Position numbers and translations under genes: made by a program. Positions 13,901-27,607 of a DNA stretch of 64,000 nucleotides are shown in pieces. How positions within the stretch are numbered: the stretch's first letter is position 1; the number at the start of each line of letters is the position of its first letter. The notes under the pieces were generated by a model, which saw only the letters and a list, made by a program, of their open reading frames with translations, was not told where the DNA came from and searched no databases. This DNA comes from Lepidodermella squamata (Eukaryota; Animalia; Gastrotricha), in NCBI GenBank assembly GCA_047495785.1, contig JBLDXI010000013.1:4278001-4342000 (forward strand), written 5' to 3'.

Positions 13901-16900
13901 TTATTTTGCCTCGCCGATTGCTGGCGATGGTCAGTTTCGACGTGTTTCGCTAACACCCGGTCGTTGGTGAAAACTTCGGAGCAGCTGTTACAACGCACCC
14001 ATGAATGGCCGGTAACCATATGGGAGAGGAAATGCTCACGGCCCGAGCAAGAAACCGAACAAATCGGACAGCTTAGAAGAATTTTCGAGGTTCCGTTTGC
14101 AGTAGTAGCAGTAGGTAGGGCAGGTCGCTTATTGCCATTGATTTGACCAGACTTTTGGTTACTCGAGTAATCGATAACACCACCATTGTTGGTTGTCGAG
14201 TTGAGAATAGCCGCGGTTGAGGTTGGTGTTGATTGGGTGGCGGTCGAATTGACAACAACGCGGCAATGCGAGCCGAGGAAATGTTTAGCCAGCGCTTCAC
14301 TTTCCGGCGCCGAGAAACTGCACAGCGAGCAGCGGTAGAAAAATTTCAGGTGCGCCGAAAACATGTGCTGGTGGAATTTCGCCAGATTGGCTGTTGAAAG
14401 TTCGCAGTTTGGGCACACAAATGATGGAAGACCTAGGAAAATTACAGAGAAAAATGCATCAATTTATGAAAATTAACAGATTTTGTCGGGGGTTCTAAAA
14501 CTTCCGAAAATGAAAATTACTGAAAAATTACAAGAAAACTTGAAATCAGATCAATCAATTTGGTGATTTAAAAAATCTGGAAAAATTCAGATATAAGAAA
14601 AAGCAGGGAAAATTACCTAAATATAGCGTCAGTCTTCTTTTTCTCATAGACTTTTATTTTTATGGCGGAATTTCTCACTAAATTTCAACAATTTTGGCAT
14701 GGGAACTCATTAGTTTTACTTAAACTAATATTTTCAGCTTCTTTATTCGGCCTGTAAAGTTTCCGAATTTTTTTGAAAATTTGAAGCTTCAAAATTTGAA
14801 AAATTATTCAATTTAAGGGGAGTTGAATATTCCCCCTTTAAATTCGAAATTTCAGCTATTCTGAAGTTCAACTTATTATAGAATCACATTATTTATATAA
14901 CTTGCCCCTAAAATATAAAAAATTCTGAATTTAGTAATTACCTTGAGTGATAGATGAGTTGTCTAAGGCAGGCTTGTTGTTGCTACTAGAACCAACAACA
15001 ACCGGTCCACTGCTAGTCGACCCGGGCGTTTCGGTATTCCTCACCGAAGAAAGACCCGGTTGAAGCTGTTGCTGCTGCTGCTGCTGAACAGCCGCCAGCA
15101 AGCTCTCTTGGCTGAACCGATGATCACACGCTAAATGCATGATCAACATAGGCGCCTGCGAGAACACCTGTTGCTGACCAGCCGGGCACAACGGGCAGCT
15201 GAAAGTCGACGACGAAGAAGAAGCCGCCGAATTGCCGCCTCGAACCGGCGGATCCGGAATGGCGAACGCTTGCGGCTGCTGTTGCTGGTCGAGTTTCGTA
15301 CCCGACCGGGAATGTTGAAGCGGCATCGGCGCATCTTGCTGCACCGGTTGAGCATCCGGGTGCAGCGTGCAGTTCTCCTCGCGTAAATGCCGCCGCAGTT
15401 GGTCGGCTGACGAGAACGCGCTCTGGCAAAACGGGCAGCGCCTCGCGTCATTCTGCGATTCCAGCTTAAGACTCGCAGACGCATCATCGCCAACATCGCC
15501 GAAATACGCCAGTGGGGTTGACATTCTCGCGTCGTACGGCGCGTTCGTAGCTTCGAGGGCGAAATTCGAGTTGGTATGCTCGGCTGAGGACAAAACTGAC
15601 CGCCGGCCCTGCTCGTTCGACGAACTGTCCTCTTTGTGCGAGATTTTCGCCGGTGGTTCGACGCTAGTTTCATCCCTCGCGTCGTAGGACTGCGATCGCT
15701 TAATTGTCGAGTTTGGCAGTTTACTGCCGTTACTTTGAACGGGCGCATTTTTCGTCGGAGTTTGATGCGTAACACGAGAGACGGTGCTTGATAACTGCCG
15801 GTTGTTAGGCGTCTCTGTATTCGCGGATGAAGCATCGAGAATTCCAGGCATGGTATGAGTCCTCGTGTGAGCTTTCAAGTGATCACTCCTGAAAAAAAAT
15901 GAAATAATTTAGACAGAATTTAAACAAATTTCAAAGCCAACATCGACTTTCGACCGCCTCCAGGTAATCGACTTGGATTTTCACCCTGCTTTATGCACGC
16001 TAAATTCCAAAAATTGTAGAGGAAAAAATATTTTTTCCCGAATTTCCTTGCCTTCTAGCTCGGATCTATTGCGTTTCCACGCGCAAAGTTGTTGCTCTGT
16101 AATGCCGAAATGGTTACAAGTAACCGCTAGGCTATGCGTTTCATTAAATTTGAGGATTTCCATTTTCTTCTGTAAAGGCCACGCCCGTCTGGGAATTTTA
16201 GAATCCGCCGATGAATCAGACATTTCATGCAGAATTTTTCTCAACGTAAAAACTCTTCAAATTCGTAGCTATACAGATGAAAATGAGTAAGTGTGGAGCA
16301 GCTGAAACGCGTGCCGTATGACACCGCGGCTGCACGTGGTCAGTTGTCAAATAAAAATACGGAGGCTCAAACTCTGTCTTTTATTTGTTCAATTGTTCGA
16401 TATTCTTGCTCGCATTTTGCACCGTCAACTTTTGACGGAAAAAGCTATGGGGCTCAACTAATAATAATAATTATGAAAATTAAGAATTACATAGCCTTTG
16501 AATCCTGATGAATTTTCAAGTATTTTGCACCTTTTTGTATTACATTATAAATTATACTGAAAAATTGATAATACGAGTGCTAATAGTCTCATTTCGGACA
16601 AAACACGTGTTTTGGGCTGTTTTTCAAGGCAACGATTTTTTCTAAGCTTTTAGCGCCTTAAGATGCGCCTTAAAAAGAGCATATTCTGGGAAATTTCTAC
16701 CTTATATCTAGTAGTTCACTGCGAAAAAACTAATTTTTTATTGCTATCGGCCTTGAGAATAATTAAATAAAAGTCAAAGGTTACATTTTGGGAAACCAAA
16801 TTTTTTGGAATTTTTTGTCTCTAACAAAACCACACTACATTATCCGATTTTTAATCATTCGAAAAGAGGTAAAAAATTATTGAAAAAGAGGGAAATAATA

Positions 16901-17564
16901 AAATAAACTGATAATTCTTCAATGTCGTTTAGCGGCGAAAATTTCCAAAAATTGGCAAAATATCCGAAAATTCGTCAAATAGTCAAAAATTCGTAAGGAA
17001 CTGTAAAAATTGTACAAACCTGTAAAACGAAGCATTGCAATATCTGCAGAAATGCCGCTTCTGCCCCGTGTGGTACATGACATGGCGACTTTTCGACCTC
17101 CGATGTTTAAATTTCCGATGGCAGATATGGCACTCGAACGGGCTGTTGTCAGCACTGTTATTCGCCGAACTATTCCCACCGCCGTTTTTGCCCTTACTAC
17201 CACCGCCAACACTGCTAGCATTATCGTCGTATGGCAGGCCGCCAAGTGGGTCAGCCGTGTCGCCATCCTCACCGGTCATATCTAGCAAACCGGTATCATC
17301 GCCATCGCCGTCGCTCAGCCCGTCGTCGACGTCGTTGTAACTCGCGCCTGAAGTCGGCGTTTCGGTGCTTTTCACGCCTTTCATTTCGACGCTATCGAAA
17401 TCACCGCTGTTTCCCTCCTGCTCTTCGTCGTCTTCACCGCCAACAACGTTGAACTCATCGAGGTGATTTTCGTGGTCGGCGTCGAGAAACCGCGGTTCAA
17501 CAGGCGATGTCGGCATTTTAACCATCAATCTCGGTTTCATCTGCTTCCGCCGAGATGAAGACAT
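10954..17564 (-). CDS. ZNF423: ZNF423/ZNF521 (Oaz)-like multi-C2H2 zinc-finger transcription factor, 4 coding exons, about 1442 aa
   Basis: Exons 17564-17020, 15888-14942, 14432-11941 and 11298-10954 are phase-consistent. N-terminal MSSSRRKQMKPR resembles the NuRD-binding MSRRKQAKPR. PFECHICHRKFKHRRSKSRHVMYHTGQKRHFCRYCNASFYRSDHLKAH matches the ZNF423 fingers FKHKRSRDRH...RSDHLKIH. There are about 23 C2H2/C2HC fingers, an atypical CxxC...CxxC finger and LHLIEHSF. Confidence 0.85.
15920..16223 (-). mobile_element. pogo/Tigger-like transposase N-terminal fragment (Brinker/CENP-B-type HTH) inside intron 1 of the zinc-finger gene
   Basis: RRAWPLQKKMEILKFNETHSLAVTCNHFGITEQQLCAWKRNR forms the HTH. 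After a 52-nt GC-AG gap (16051-16000) it continues SRLPGGGRKS, the GGGRK motif typical of this group, then stops. Confidence 0.6.
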
Positions 17565-20500
17565 GTTGTGTTTTCCGCAATAAAATACAGTGTTTGTTAC
17601 AATAAAACTATCAACATTTTCCTCTCGCTGTAAAAATCTAGACAGGGGACAAAAAACGCGCAGTTAGATAAAGAAATGCACCCTTAAATAAACGATAAGC
17701 AGGGTGTCATAAGGCTGCACCCGGGTCACGTGGTTACAAGTGTCAATTTAGCGACGACAACGCCCAATTCAATCATGCGATGAGTGGAATGGCTTGATAC
17801 TCAACCGCGCGGATTTTCACCGGCAAAATTAGCTGTAAGACATGGCGAAATCACCTGATTGCACTGACAAGTGTCTAAATTAAAGCCATTTGCGCACAAA
17901 AATATCGAAACGGAAAAATAGGAAAAAAATCCGCCTTAATGTAATGAAAGTCACGAATAACGGGCAAAAATTAACCAAAATTAGCCAAATAGACATCGAG
18001 ATGTTTTGAAAAAATTGGGTTACTGTAAATATAGCTGAAATCAAGAAGACAGTAGTTTCCAAATGATCGGAAATTAATTGTTGAGTTCAGAAAAATTATC
18101 ATCGATGTTTAAACAATTTAATATTACAAAAAATTTAGGAACATTAGGGGAAAATGGACATAAAATTTATAAATCTTCCAATAAAATTTTATGTTAAAAA
18201 TCCCTGTTTTAAAAAATTGAAAAATGAAAAAAAATCGAATTTCGAAAATTTTTGCGAAATTACAATGACTTGAGAAAAAAACGCAAAATGATATATTCTA
18301 ACTCAAATATATAGAGGTGTTGAAATTCTCAAGATCATACCCTAAAGATGATAGATCGGCATTTCAAAAATGAACTGATCAGTCAGAAGGCGTTCGTTAT
18401 TCTGAAGGCTTTATACACTACATAATTTTGCGTTTGCCGATGATGAAGAGAGAGAGACCAGCGAGGTCAGCCGGCGAGGAGGGATTTGAAAGCTTTATGC
18501 AGCGAGCTGCTCCCTAGCGATAAACAGGCGAGCAGCGACGGGAAATTGATTGCGCCAGTTAGAGATGTAATAAAGCAATATTATAATACCTTGTATTATG
18601 CGACATGTGCGTATGTACTATGTGAGAGTGTGTGGGCTGCTGCGGCCGATGCTGAATATAAATGCAATGTGCGAGCGAGCGCACAAGGGGAAACCCGCCG
18701 GCTGCTGGCTCTCACCCCGCCGACGCCCTATGGCGACAGCCTGTGGAGGCCAGCCAACCAACCAACACAACTGTCGGCATGGCCTCGAGGGGGCCGCCGG
18801 CTATCAGCTATCAGCAGCCGCAAACCCGGGAAAGTACACATGTGTTAACATATGCGTGCGTGCCAACGCGCCGTTTCTAGCCGCGGAGCACCGCAAGTCA
18901 CGCTGAGAATTCAGAGGTACCTAACCAAAAACCTGCGCAATTAGCGACGAAAAGGTGTAGGTCGCCCTGAAAAACCGCTGCCGCTGATCGCACGACGTCG
19001 GCGGCTGTGTTGTAGACGACGACGACGATGATGATGAAAAATGCGAATATACAAAATGAAAATGTACATATATGACCCGAGGGGACGTGCGCGCGCGTTT
19101 TACGAGACCACGGCGCCTTATTATTGATCGGCAGAGGCGTCGTAATGGGACCCAAAGCCCATATAAGCCTAGCACGCGAGCGCCTCGAGCCGTCATCGCC
19201 GAGTCAATTTCGACTCGCGGTCTGCTCCTGAGGCCCGCCGGGTTGTTTTCAGCCGCAATAGCTAGCGAGTGAGCCCCCACCACGCACAGACAGGCGCGCG
19301 CACATGATAATAAGCGGCAAGTACATGATTACTGTGTTTTATTATTTTCTACGCTTTTTCCCAGTGGTGCGCTCAGGGACCGACCGACCGAGGCTACACC
19401 GGCCGCCGCCGCCGCCGCTGCAGAACTAGTAGTAGTAGTAGTATAATTGAAACAGGCGGGCAACGGCGCAACCTTTACTGGGAAACTAGGGATGAAGAGG
19501 GGGAAATAATCAATTTTGACAGAGAGTAGGAGGCAGGAGGGGCGCGCATCTTCCCGTGTAGAAGAAAAATCGCGCCGGCTTTTGGCAGATTGCAACTGCT
19601 GCAGGGAGATCCGCAACACCGCATAAGCCCCCGGGAGAGATCGAGATCGAGAGGAGAGAGAGACTGGCTAGAAGTAATTAGGGACGCGAAAATAGGTAGG
19701 GCGAATATATCAGCAGTGTAATAAATCGAATAGATCAAACACATCGCCACCGGCCAAAAACTGAGCAGCGATGATAAAACTGCTGCTAATGCCAGATGAA
19801 ACAGGTAAAAGGGCGCCGCGGATGAGCATCAACTGACTGCTCAACTGACTGTTAATCATCGCGCGGCTGCGTCAATAACAAGCCGCGAGAGAAATGCTGC
19901 GAAAGCCAAAACAACAACACGATACCTACCTAGGTAGGCTTTCGAGAAATCAAGTTCTCTCAAGTGAACATGCCCGTTGAAGCACTGCTTGGGGCTTGGG
20001 TGGAATCCAATAGACGAACAAGACGAAAATTGAATGAAACGGCCGTTTTCAATTTACAAAACTTATCAAATTTACTCAAAAATGAAAAACCGAGTTGAGA
20101 CTAAAAACCGAGCTCTTCAAACTCCGAAAATCGCAAAAATATGTGCAAAAATTAAAAAAAACTGAAAATTAAAAAACAGAAGTAGAAATTTTGCAAAACT
20201 TCACTAAAAAATTAACGAAAAAAGAGAAAATTACAAGTAAGGTGGCTAGCAAACCTTAGCAAATCTCTCCCAATGAATTTCTTAATCCGCATAAAGCAAG
20301 CAGTCGTAATTTATCCGCCACACGTGTTGATTTGAAAAAACATTTGGTATTCAGATTGGTTTCGGAATTAGGGTTCTTAAGTCTGATCGGGTACCAAATT
20401 TTGAACCCGAGGAATATGCATTACTGCCCAAAGCCTCAAATAATTGCCGGAACATGGCAGTTTCCGAATGTTTCTCAATGGGCTAAGCAATTTTGGGTTC

Positions 20501-22408
20501 TTATTCTGGCATTCGAAAATGTGATCAATTCGGGGTTAAACGGAATCGAATTTAAGCTGTCTTTAGGGCGATAAGCGTCGACAAAACTTCAAAACAGACG
20601 CAGGCGGGAAATGAAATGTATAAAAAAAATATACAGAAAAATATAATGATCTGGGTCGGAGTTGCAGCGGCAACGTAGCGGAAAAACAGGGCGAGCGAGC
20701 AGGTGAAAAATCAACACAAGCGACATCCGACGCCGCGCGACTCCCTCCTCCTCGGTCAGTGAGCACGCGAGAGTGAGCTTGCGCAAATTCGAGCGACCAT
20801 ATAAACGAAAAATAATAATCATCATCGTCATCGTCGCCACATGTTGTAGCAGAGCAGCAGAAAAAAAAACCGAGGTTATGCAGCGCGACTGGAGCCTGCT
20901 GATACATCATCATCATCATCACCGCCACATTTTTGTGTGTGCTTTTCTCGCGCGCGTCGTCGTCACCACAATCAGGCGCCGAGCGAGAGACACGGCGACA
21001 GAGATACAGTATAATATGGAAAAAGGCGTCGCCGCCCTGTTTGCCGTTTGTGTGCACAGAGACAGTGCGAGATGTGTCACCGAGCGCGCTGGAAAATACA
21101 CGTATAGGTATATCATACTACTACGCGTTCTGGCAGCCACCGGTGCTGCCTGCCTGCCTGTCTGTGCAGTAATGTGATAGAAAAACACGCGCAAACGGGC
21201 TAACCTGACTGACTGTATTAGGCCTAATATTATTAGGACCGACCCGGCTGCGGATGATGGTAATGTTGACGATGATGCTCTCTCTTCATCGACTCATCCC
21301 GCGTGCACCTCTGCGCCGTGTGCTCTCTACGCAGAACGAACCTGCTGCGAAATATACCTACCTATACCTACCTACCCACGAGAGAGAGGCCGACTGGGTA
21401 CGTGCATACACACGCATATTTAGAGCGGAGCTGCTCTCATTTGCTTACGGCGCTCTCGACGAACCGTCAAAACATAGCTGGCGGCTGGGGCTGGGTCACC
21501 CGGAATTTCTAATGGAGGTGCCCAGGTAGTAGTAGTAGTGGTACTGCGCGCCGAAAAACTGTGGCGTATAATGAACGAGTTAATGCGGCGCAGGGGTAGC
21601 AAAGGCACGCTAACCGGATTCTCATGGCTTCCTTCTTCTGCTCAAATAAAGATGTGGCGACCCGCGCCGCAGCGTCGACTAATATACTGTGCACAGTAAC
21701 AACGCCCGTTTCCTGTTTATTGGTGGCGGAGCGTGTCCAAATACTTACTCGCTATCTGTGCGCGGGACCTGTCACATGTTTCGCACTTTGTATTTGTTGT
21801 CGATGCGGCCCTAGCGCGTCACCATCACCACAACCCCGCCATTATTTCTTCCGGACGAGCACTGTAATATGCTTATTATTCTACTGCAAATGGAACGCCC
21901 TAAGCAGGCTCCGAGACGAGCCGCAGCGATGACGAGACGAGCCCTCTGGGGACGTGAGACGTCAAGGCCACCTCTTTCCATGCAATATTGCCGCCCTGGG
22001 GACACGCCAAGACCGGCAAAATATGACACTCTCTCTGGCATATGACGAGTAAAATGCATCAGCGAGCGATCAACCCTTTTAGAGTTTTGACACAAATTCG
22101 CCTCGGGGTGTCGTTGCTCGCGTAGAGCGAAATTGGCCAGTTTATAAAACAACAACATCTAAATACCAATCAAACCGAAAATTCAGTATACATCACACAC
22201 AAAAAAACAGAACGATTTATTCAATACCAATACCACCGGCAAGTCGTTGGCCTGTTATTGTTGATGATAACAAAAAGAATTAGCTTTAATGAAATTGGTT
22301 TCACTAGCATACGCTTTTCACAATGACCGTCGAGTAAAACAACACACATATCGAGGTCGTTAGGTTTAAATTAGCGCTCATGCAAATAGAAGACACTAGG
22401 TAAAATGC

Positions 22409-23206
22409 TTAAATGTGCAAAGTTCTCTTCCGGCTGTTTGCGCCCGATCCTTGTGAACTGCCACCACTTCGATTGCCGTCTTTCCACTCTTCAAAAAGCT
22501 TGCTACAACTCGTAGCCGATCTGAGAAAGGCAAAATTGTCTACCATAACATAATAAAAGGCCAATAGTCTCACTCAAGCATGGTGTTCTCGGGTTCGACA
22601 AGCCTATGAAGCAGTGCAGTTGAAACACCGTAATTGCCATTTGATCTTTGACTGTAGTCCAATAGCATTGAGCACCGATCTCGAAATGTCTGAATCGATA
22701 TATTTATAAAATAAGTCAATATAGCAACGCGGTAGTTCTTACTTGATATAGGGCTTCAGCGATTTCCTTTGCATCGGGCACCCCAAGATTGATCACCTGC
22801 CTGCCAGTGTGGTAAAAAGTCGGACAAAGAGACACCAGATCGGCCGTCTTGGACCCAGCACCGAGAGATTCACGAACAGTCTTGGAGTACTGTTAGTCAT
22901 GAGATAATAAATGAAACTAACTTGGAAATTAAACCGCTTACGCTTTTCGGAGTGTCGACTTCAATCAACCGCTGACCACTAGAACAGAGCACCTTCACAA
23001 CCCATAATGGGAGTTCTAGCTTGCGGCCAGCAGGAATATCTGGTCCGTCAGACTTGGAGTCAAGGAAGCCTATTGAGCAGTGATGATGACATCAAAGTGA
23101 TTAAAATTATGCAATATATACCCATTTTCTTCAAGGGAACCAAGGTTCTGCATGGAATCAATTGCTCGCTAGCAACAATATCTTGGACGTCGAAGTAATT
23201 ATCCAT
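22409..23206 (-). CDS. GINS3: DNA replication complex GINS subunit Psf3, 5 exons, about 195 aa
   Basis: Exons 23206-23122, 23069-22942, 22889-22743, 22689-22574 and 22520-22409, with 52-53 nt introns. The protein reads MDNYFDVQDIVASEQLIPC...GRKLELPLWVVKVL...PKSY...PTFYHTG...EIAEALYQTFRDR...FEEWKDG, with the diagnostic Psf3 motif KLELPLW. Confidence 0.92.
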
Positions 23207-24010
23207 AGGAAGCGACAGGAAATTGAATAAGTATTGGAAATTAAAACCTTAAAAAGTGATGATAACGGGAAGAGTTAGGGAATAAATGATGGCATCCATA
23301 TTAATGACCTCGTCAAGCACTCTACTGGGATCGTATAGCTTGTTATAGATGTTTCAACACGCCCTGAAGACGCACAAGACATTCAATACTACTTAGGACC
23401 ATAGCTTCAAGTATTTTTATAAAAGTACACACAGGGCTAGTGTGAGCTAACGCTATCAATCTTAAAGGGTATTTATACAGAGGCTTCATGATAAGGAGTA
23501 AATTGAATTACACGAATAAGTATTAGGAAAAATGATACCGAAGACAGATGAGGTTGGCTTCATAATAAATGATTTTTGTCGTGGATACTCAAGTTTTGAA
23601 GGAGGAACAGCTAGAAGTTGCAAGCTGCAATCAAAGGCTGAGCTGAAAGTAAGGAAAAAAGCTGCTATTGCGCTGCTATTGCGTATGACTTTAACTTTAA
23701 AAATAGCACGAATGCGATTAGCTGTGTGCATATTTTCCTATTAGTCAAGCAAGCCTCTACTAAGACTAGAAACAATACACAGGAGGGGCTCAAATTCGAT
23801 GGTACACAGAAGACAGCGAAACTGTGTACTATCGAGACGAGATTGACCCTCTTCTCTCTTCCTTTCAACCAACCTCTCACCAACCAAAGGCGACTCTTTG
23901 ATTCCTCCTAGTATAGTTACTTATTCTAGCCGGCAATAAGATCCATGCCTCATGCATTATCTCATCTCGGAAACATGAAGCAACGTAACACATAACCCAA
24001 AGTCTTATAG

Positions 24011-24077
24011 GTAGATACCTGTCTTATGCTTTGGTGTCTTTGGCCCAAAGACACCAAAGCATAAGACAGGTATCTAC
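24011..24077. repeat. Perfect palindrome, 33-bp arms, 1-nt spacer
   Basis: GTAGATACCTGTCTTATGCTTTGGTGTCTTTGG-C-CCAAAGACACCAAAGCATAAGACAGGTATCTAC. Confidence 0.95.
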
Positions 24078-27000
24078 AATCACAGTTGGAATCACAGATG
24101 ACTCGGAAACAGCGTGAGCAACAGATTCCTCCGGCTCAGAAACCTGTTCCCCTCTGTAGAAGCAGAAACCTGTACCTATTAGCATTTAGGGGTTCCAATC
24201 TAATTGGAACACATGAGAGATTCATGCGGCTAAAGATATAATATGAAGCTGGAAAAATACTAGAATGAATTACTTAGGCGTTAGGCGCAACCGGGAACCG
24301 GGAGATCACAGGGAGCCAGACCGGCCGAAAATCGATTAGCCATTAGTGCCTTCGCGGGCTGCCCAGACACTTCCGAAGGATCTGGCGTGACCTCAGAGAA
24401 AGCGCGCCAAATTTCAAATTCTTCAAATATTTGTTGATTGCATATTTTAATTAATAAAAATAAAAGACCAAGTTACTAAGTCACATAAATTATGTGTCAA
24501 AACTAACAAGCGCGTCATTTCAAAATTTTGCCATGGAAACCGCTTGGAAAGGCCACTGACATCTTTCGAACATTCATTATTGCCTGCAAAGGCTCCTCAT
24601 ATTCATGTCAACTCGGGTCCTTGAATGCATGCCACGTTTCAAGCCCTATCTTGCGAGTTCGTCGAGGAGCAACTGGATTAATGGATCGAATTAGAACCCT
24701 AGATTGTATTGTTAATTTTCCACGTTATTGTTTGTTACTCAAGGTTCTCGACCGAAGCCACTGGTTCATGTGCATTGAATATCCTCACGATTGAATGCCA
24801 TTGATTGAGTTTTGCAGTTTTTCATGGATATATATTTGCGTTGGAGTTTGAGGATTGAATATATTCGATAGTATAGTCGAAAAGCGCTATCGATTGATGT
24901 TATCATGATATCTATTACGTAACCCATATTATCCGATTTTCTTAGGAACCATGATTCTTTTTGACCGATGTTGAAATGTTTAATATTAGAAGATAAATTT
25001 AACATTTAAATATTTTAGAAATAAATAAATTGCATCGAAGGTCGATTTTTTGGGTCCATGAATGAATGAATTGAGGTAAAGGGACAACGATTCTCCAGAG
25101 CCGAATGGTGCATGCTTTTACCAAATGGGAAACTTCATTAAAAGGATTATTTTGGAAACCACAACCTGCCTCTGCCACCATCATTGTCGCAAATGGAGCA
25201 TTGTTAGAGAAGATTCTGTAGTGAACTGGTTGTGAATACCCGATTGTATTTTGCGAGAAGAGTGAGAGCTTAAAAAAGGTTATAATAAATGCATCTCGAT
25301 TAGCTTCGTGATTTACAGCCCTCTAGATATAACCTCATCAAACCTCGTTACTAGTCCCAGTGTCAGTGATTTTGGTTTTGCGCTGTTGGCTAATATTTGT
25401 TAGGTATGTAATCTTCAGTTTCTCCCGGGCCGTTTTTTAGTTTCTCCTGCGTACCACCCACTCCTAGATTTTGTATAAATAATTATTGTGCAAAGTGAAT
25501 TTGTGCCTATACCCTATACTCATTCGAAGAAATAAATGATGACGAAATTGGAAATCGTCTGTGTTCACTTGTTTTTGTCATGGATTTTGTCGAAGTTCCC
25601 ATGAATGGGAGATGGGAGTGTTTTATATATAGTCTTTATCTGAAAATAGCAAAGAGTTTCAATCAAGGCTCGGTCACCAAAATCCTCCCGTAATTCGAAA
25701 CCCTGATGATTCCTAGTAGTTCATTGAAAAAAATTCAATGATCAGTTAATCACCACCGTGATTATTTGCCTTAAGACACTGAGTAGTTGAATTTATACAA
25801 TTTTACATAAAAGGTTTCATCATCATCTGTTTTAAATGTGGCTGTTCACGATGCGCGTTGAGTCTTTGATCACGGAGATCACGATGTCGTGGGCAGTGAT
25901 TGTTGGGAGCTCAAAGCGTTAAAATTCCTCTGTATTCCTTATCAGGCCATATATAAGGTTAATTGTGGAAGATCAGATTTTCCTGCGCTATTCAACTGCA
26001 TCTCCTCTCAATGGAAGTTGAGCCTAAGCCGTCAACCCTGCCGTCATTATTCGAAATTTGATATGCTGAGTGAGTCGAAATCGTCTACTGTCGCAAACAT
26101 GGGTTTCAATGGTCACCGGACCAATCAAATTCAACGAGGTTGAGGCACAGTTGCAACCAGCATACAATCCTGGGTATTCTGAGAAAATGAGTTATTTAGG
26201 TGCCATAGAAATTTGTTTGAAAATCTGATTATTGGAATTTTGCGTTTATCGGTTAAGCGTGAATCCAGCTATCAGAGAAAAGTAGAATTTGCTGCAGTTA
26301 TATTGCGAGGCGATCGGGATGTGCTCTACTGAGATTCTCGACAGAGGAACTGAGTATCAGATTCACTTGTCAATACAGGGTGTTCAAATTTTTACCTAAA
26401 AATTTTACCTCGATTTTTAAGCTAGAAATTGTATGCTAATTTCAAACTAACGTCTAGAAATTCCGAAAAAGCCATTAAAAAACTGGGTCGATAGCAGTCT
26501 AGTAAAACCCCAAAATTCATTTATCTATGGAGAACGCCGAAAAACCGGCACGTGCCTTCTAATTCCTCTAGTAGTTTTTAGCATTATGATAAAATAATTC
26601 ATTAATAGCAATAAACCGTCCTAATAGAGTAATTAATCATCATTGGTGACAAAAAATATCCACAAAGGTAAGCTCCACATTATGTAATTGTTACCCTTTG
26701 AAGTGATTCACACTTTTATGAACTTGTTCGCATTTGATCGAATGCCCGAATCGAGCCAGATATCGATTCCATAACCTGGATAGGCCGAGTGTGATAAGAC
26801 TCTTTTCCGCATCAAAACCGGTGCCCGGCATCCTTTGGCTAAAATAACAGTAGAAACACGCGAAAGAGCGCGTGCTGGAGCTATTCGAAACCAACGGACC
26901 GATTGTTTAGATATTTTTAATATTTTGAAAAACAACCTAAAGGCGTGTCACGAGGGAACTTTCTATTTTTACGCAGATTATTATTTGATGGCATTGCACG

Positions 27001-27607
27001 ATCAGAATTTGAATGGCAAAATAATTAGGTAAAACAGCCTGGTTTTTTCGCCCCGATATTTTGCCACAAAAGAAATGTAATATAATTGAAAACCTAATCT
27101 CAAGAAGAATGACCAGAGACAATTGTCCCGCGGTTCAATGTTGGCGGACACCAAAGACAAAAAGAGACAGGCTAAAAATATTCTAATAATTGATATTCTT
27201 TAAGCCTGGTAAGCACGTGACACGTTCGCGTTGTTTTAAGGGGACAGGCAGCTGGGTTATTTTTAGGATTAGAATTTATAAAAATAACAATGTAGCGAGC
27301 TGTCGATAACAACAACAACAACGAGGCGAACGACATGGCTCAGCCAGGTTGAAAACTAGACGTTTTCGATAGCTACATGAAGCTAAAATTTGGCGCGTGC
27401 CAGTCTGGCAGCTATTTTTAGTTTTCCGAAGTTGTTTTTTTCAGGAAAAAGCGTGCTCTAAAAATAGAGAGATTGTTTCCAAAAATAGATTTCAAAATTT
27501 TTCAGTGGTTCAATTTCGCTCAGCCATTTTAGCTTGTTTTATTTGTGTGATGACTCGAGTCGTTAGGTGTAGCAGTTCTTTTTCGAAATCTGCTGTAGTT
27601 GTAATTT

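Noticed and set aside
18480-22160. Many overlapping short ORFs, CAT/GCC/TAG microsatellites, GC-rich DNA
   Set aside because: Better explained as the 5-prime UTR and regulatory region of the zinc-finger gene (possible non-coding exon with a donor near 18920). No protein similarity seen.
26374-26395. TACAGGGTGTTCAAA mariner-like terminus
   Set aside because: No matching opposite end or transposase found.
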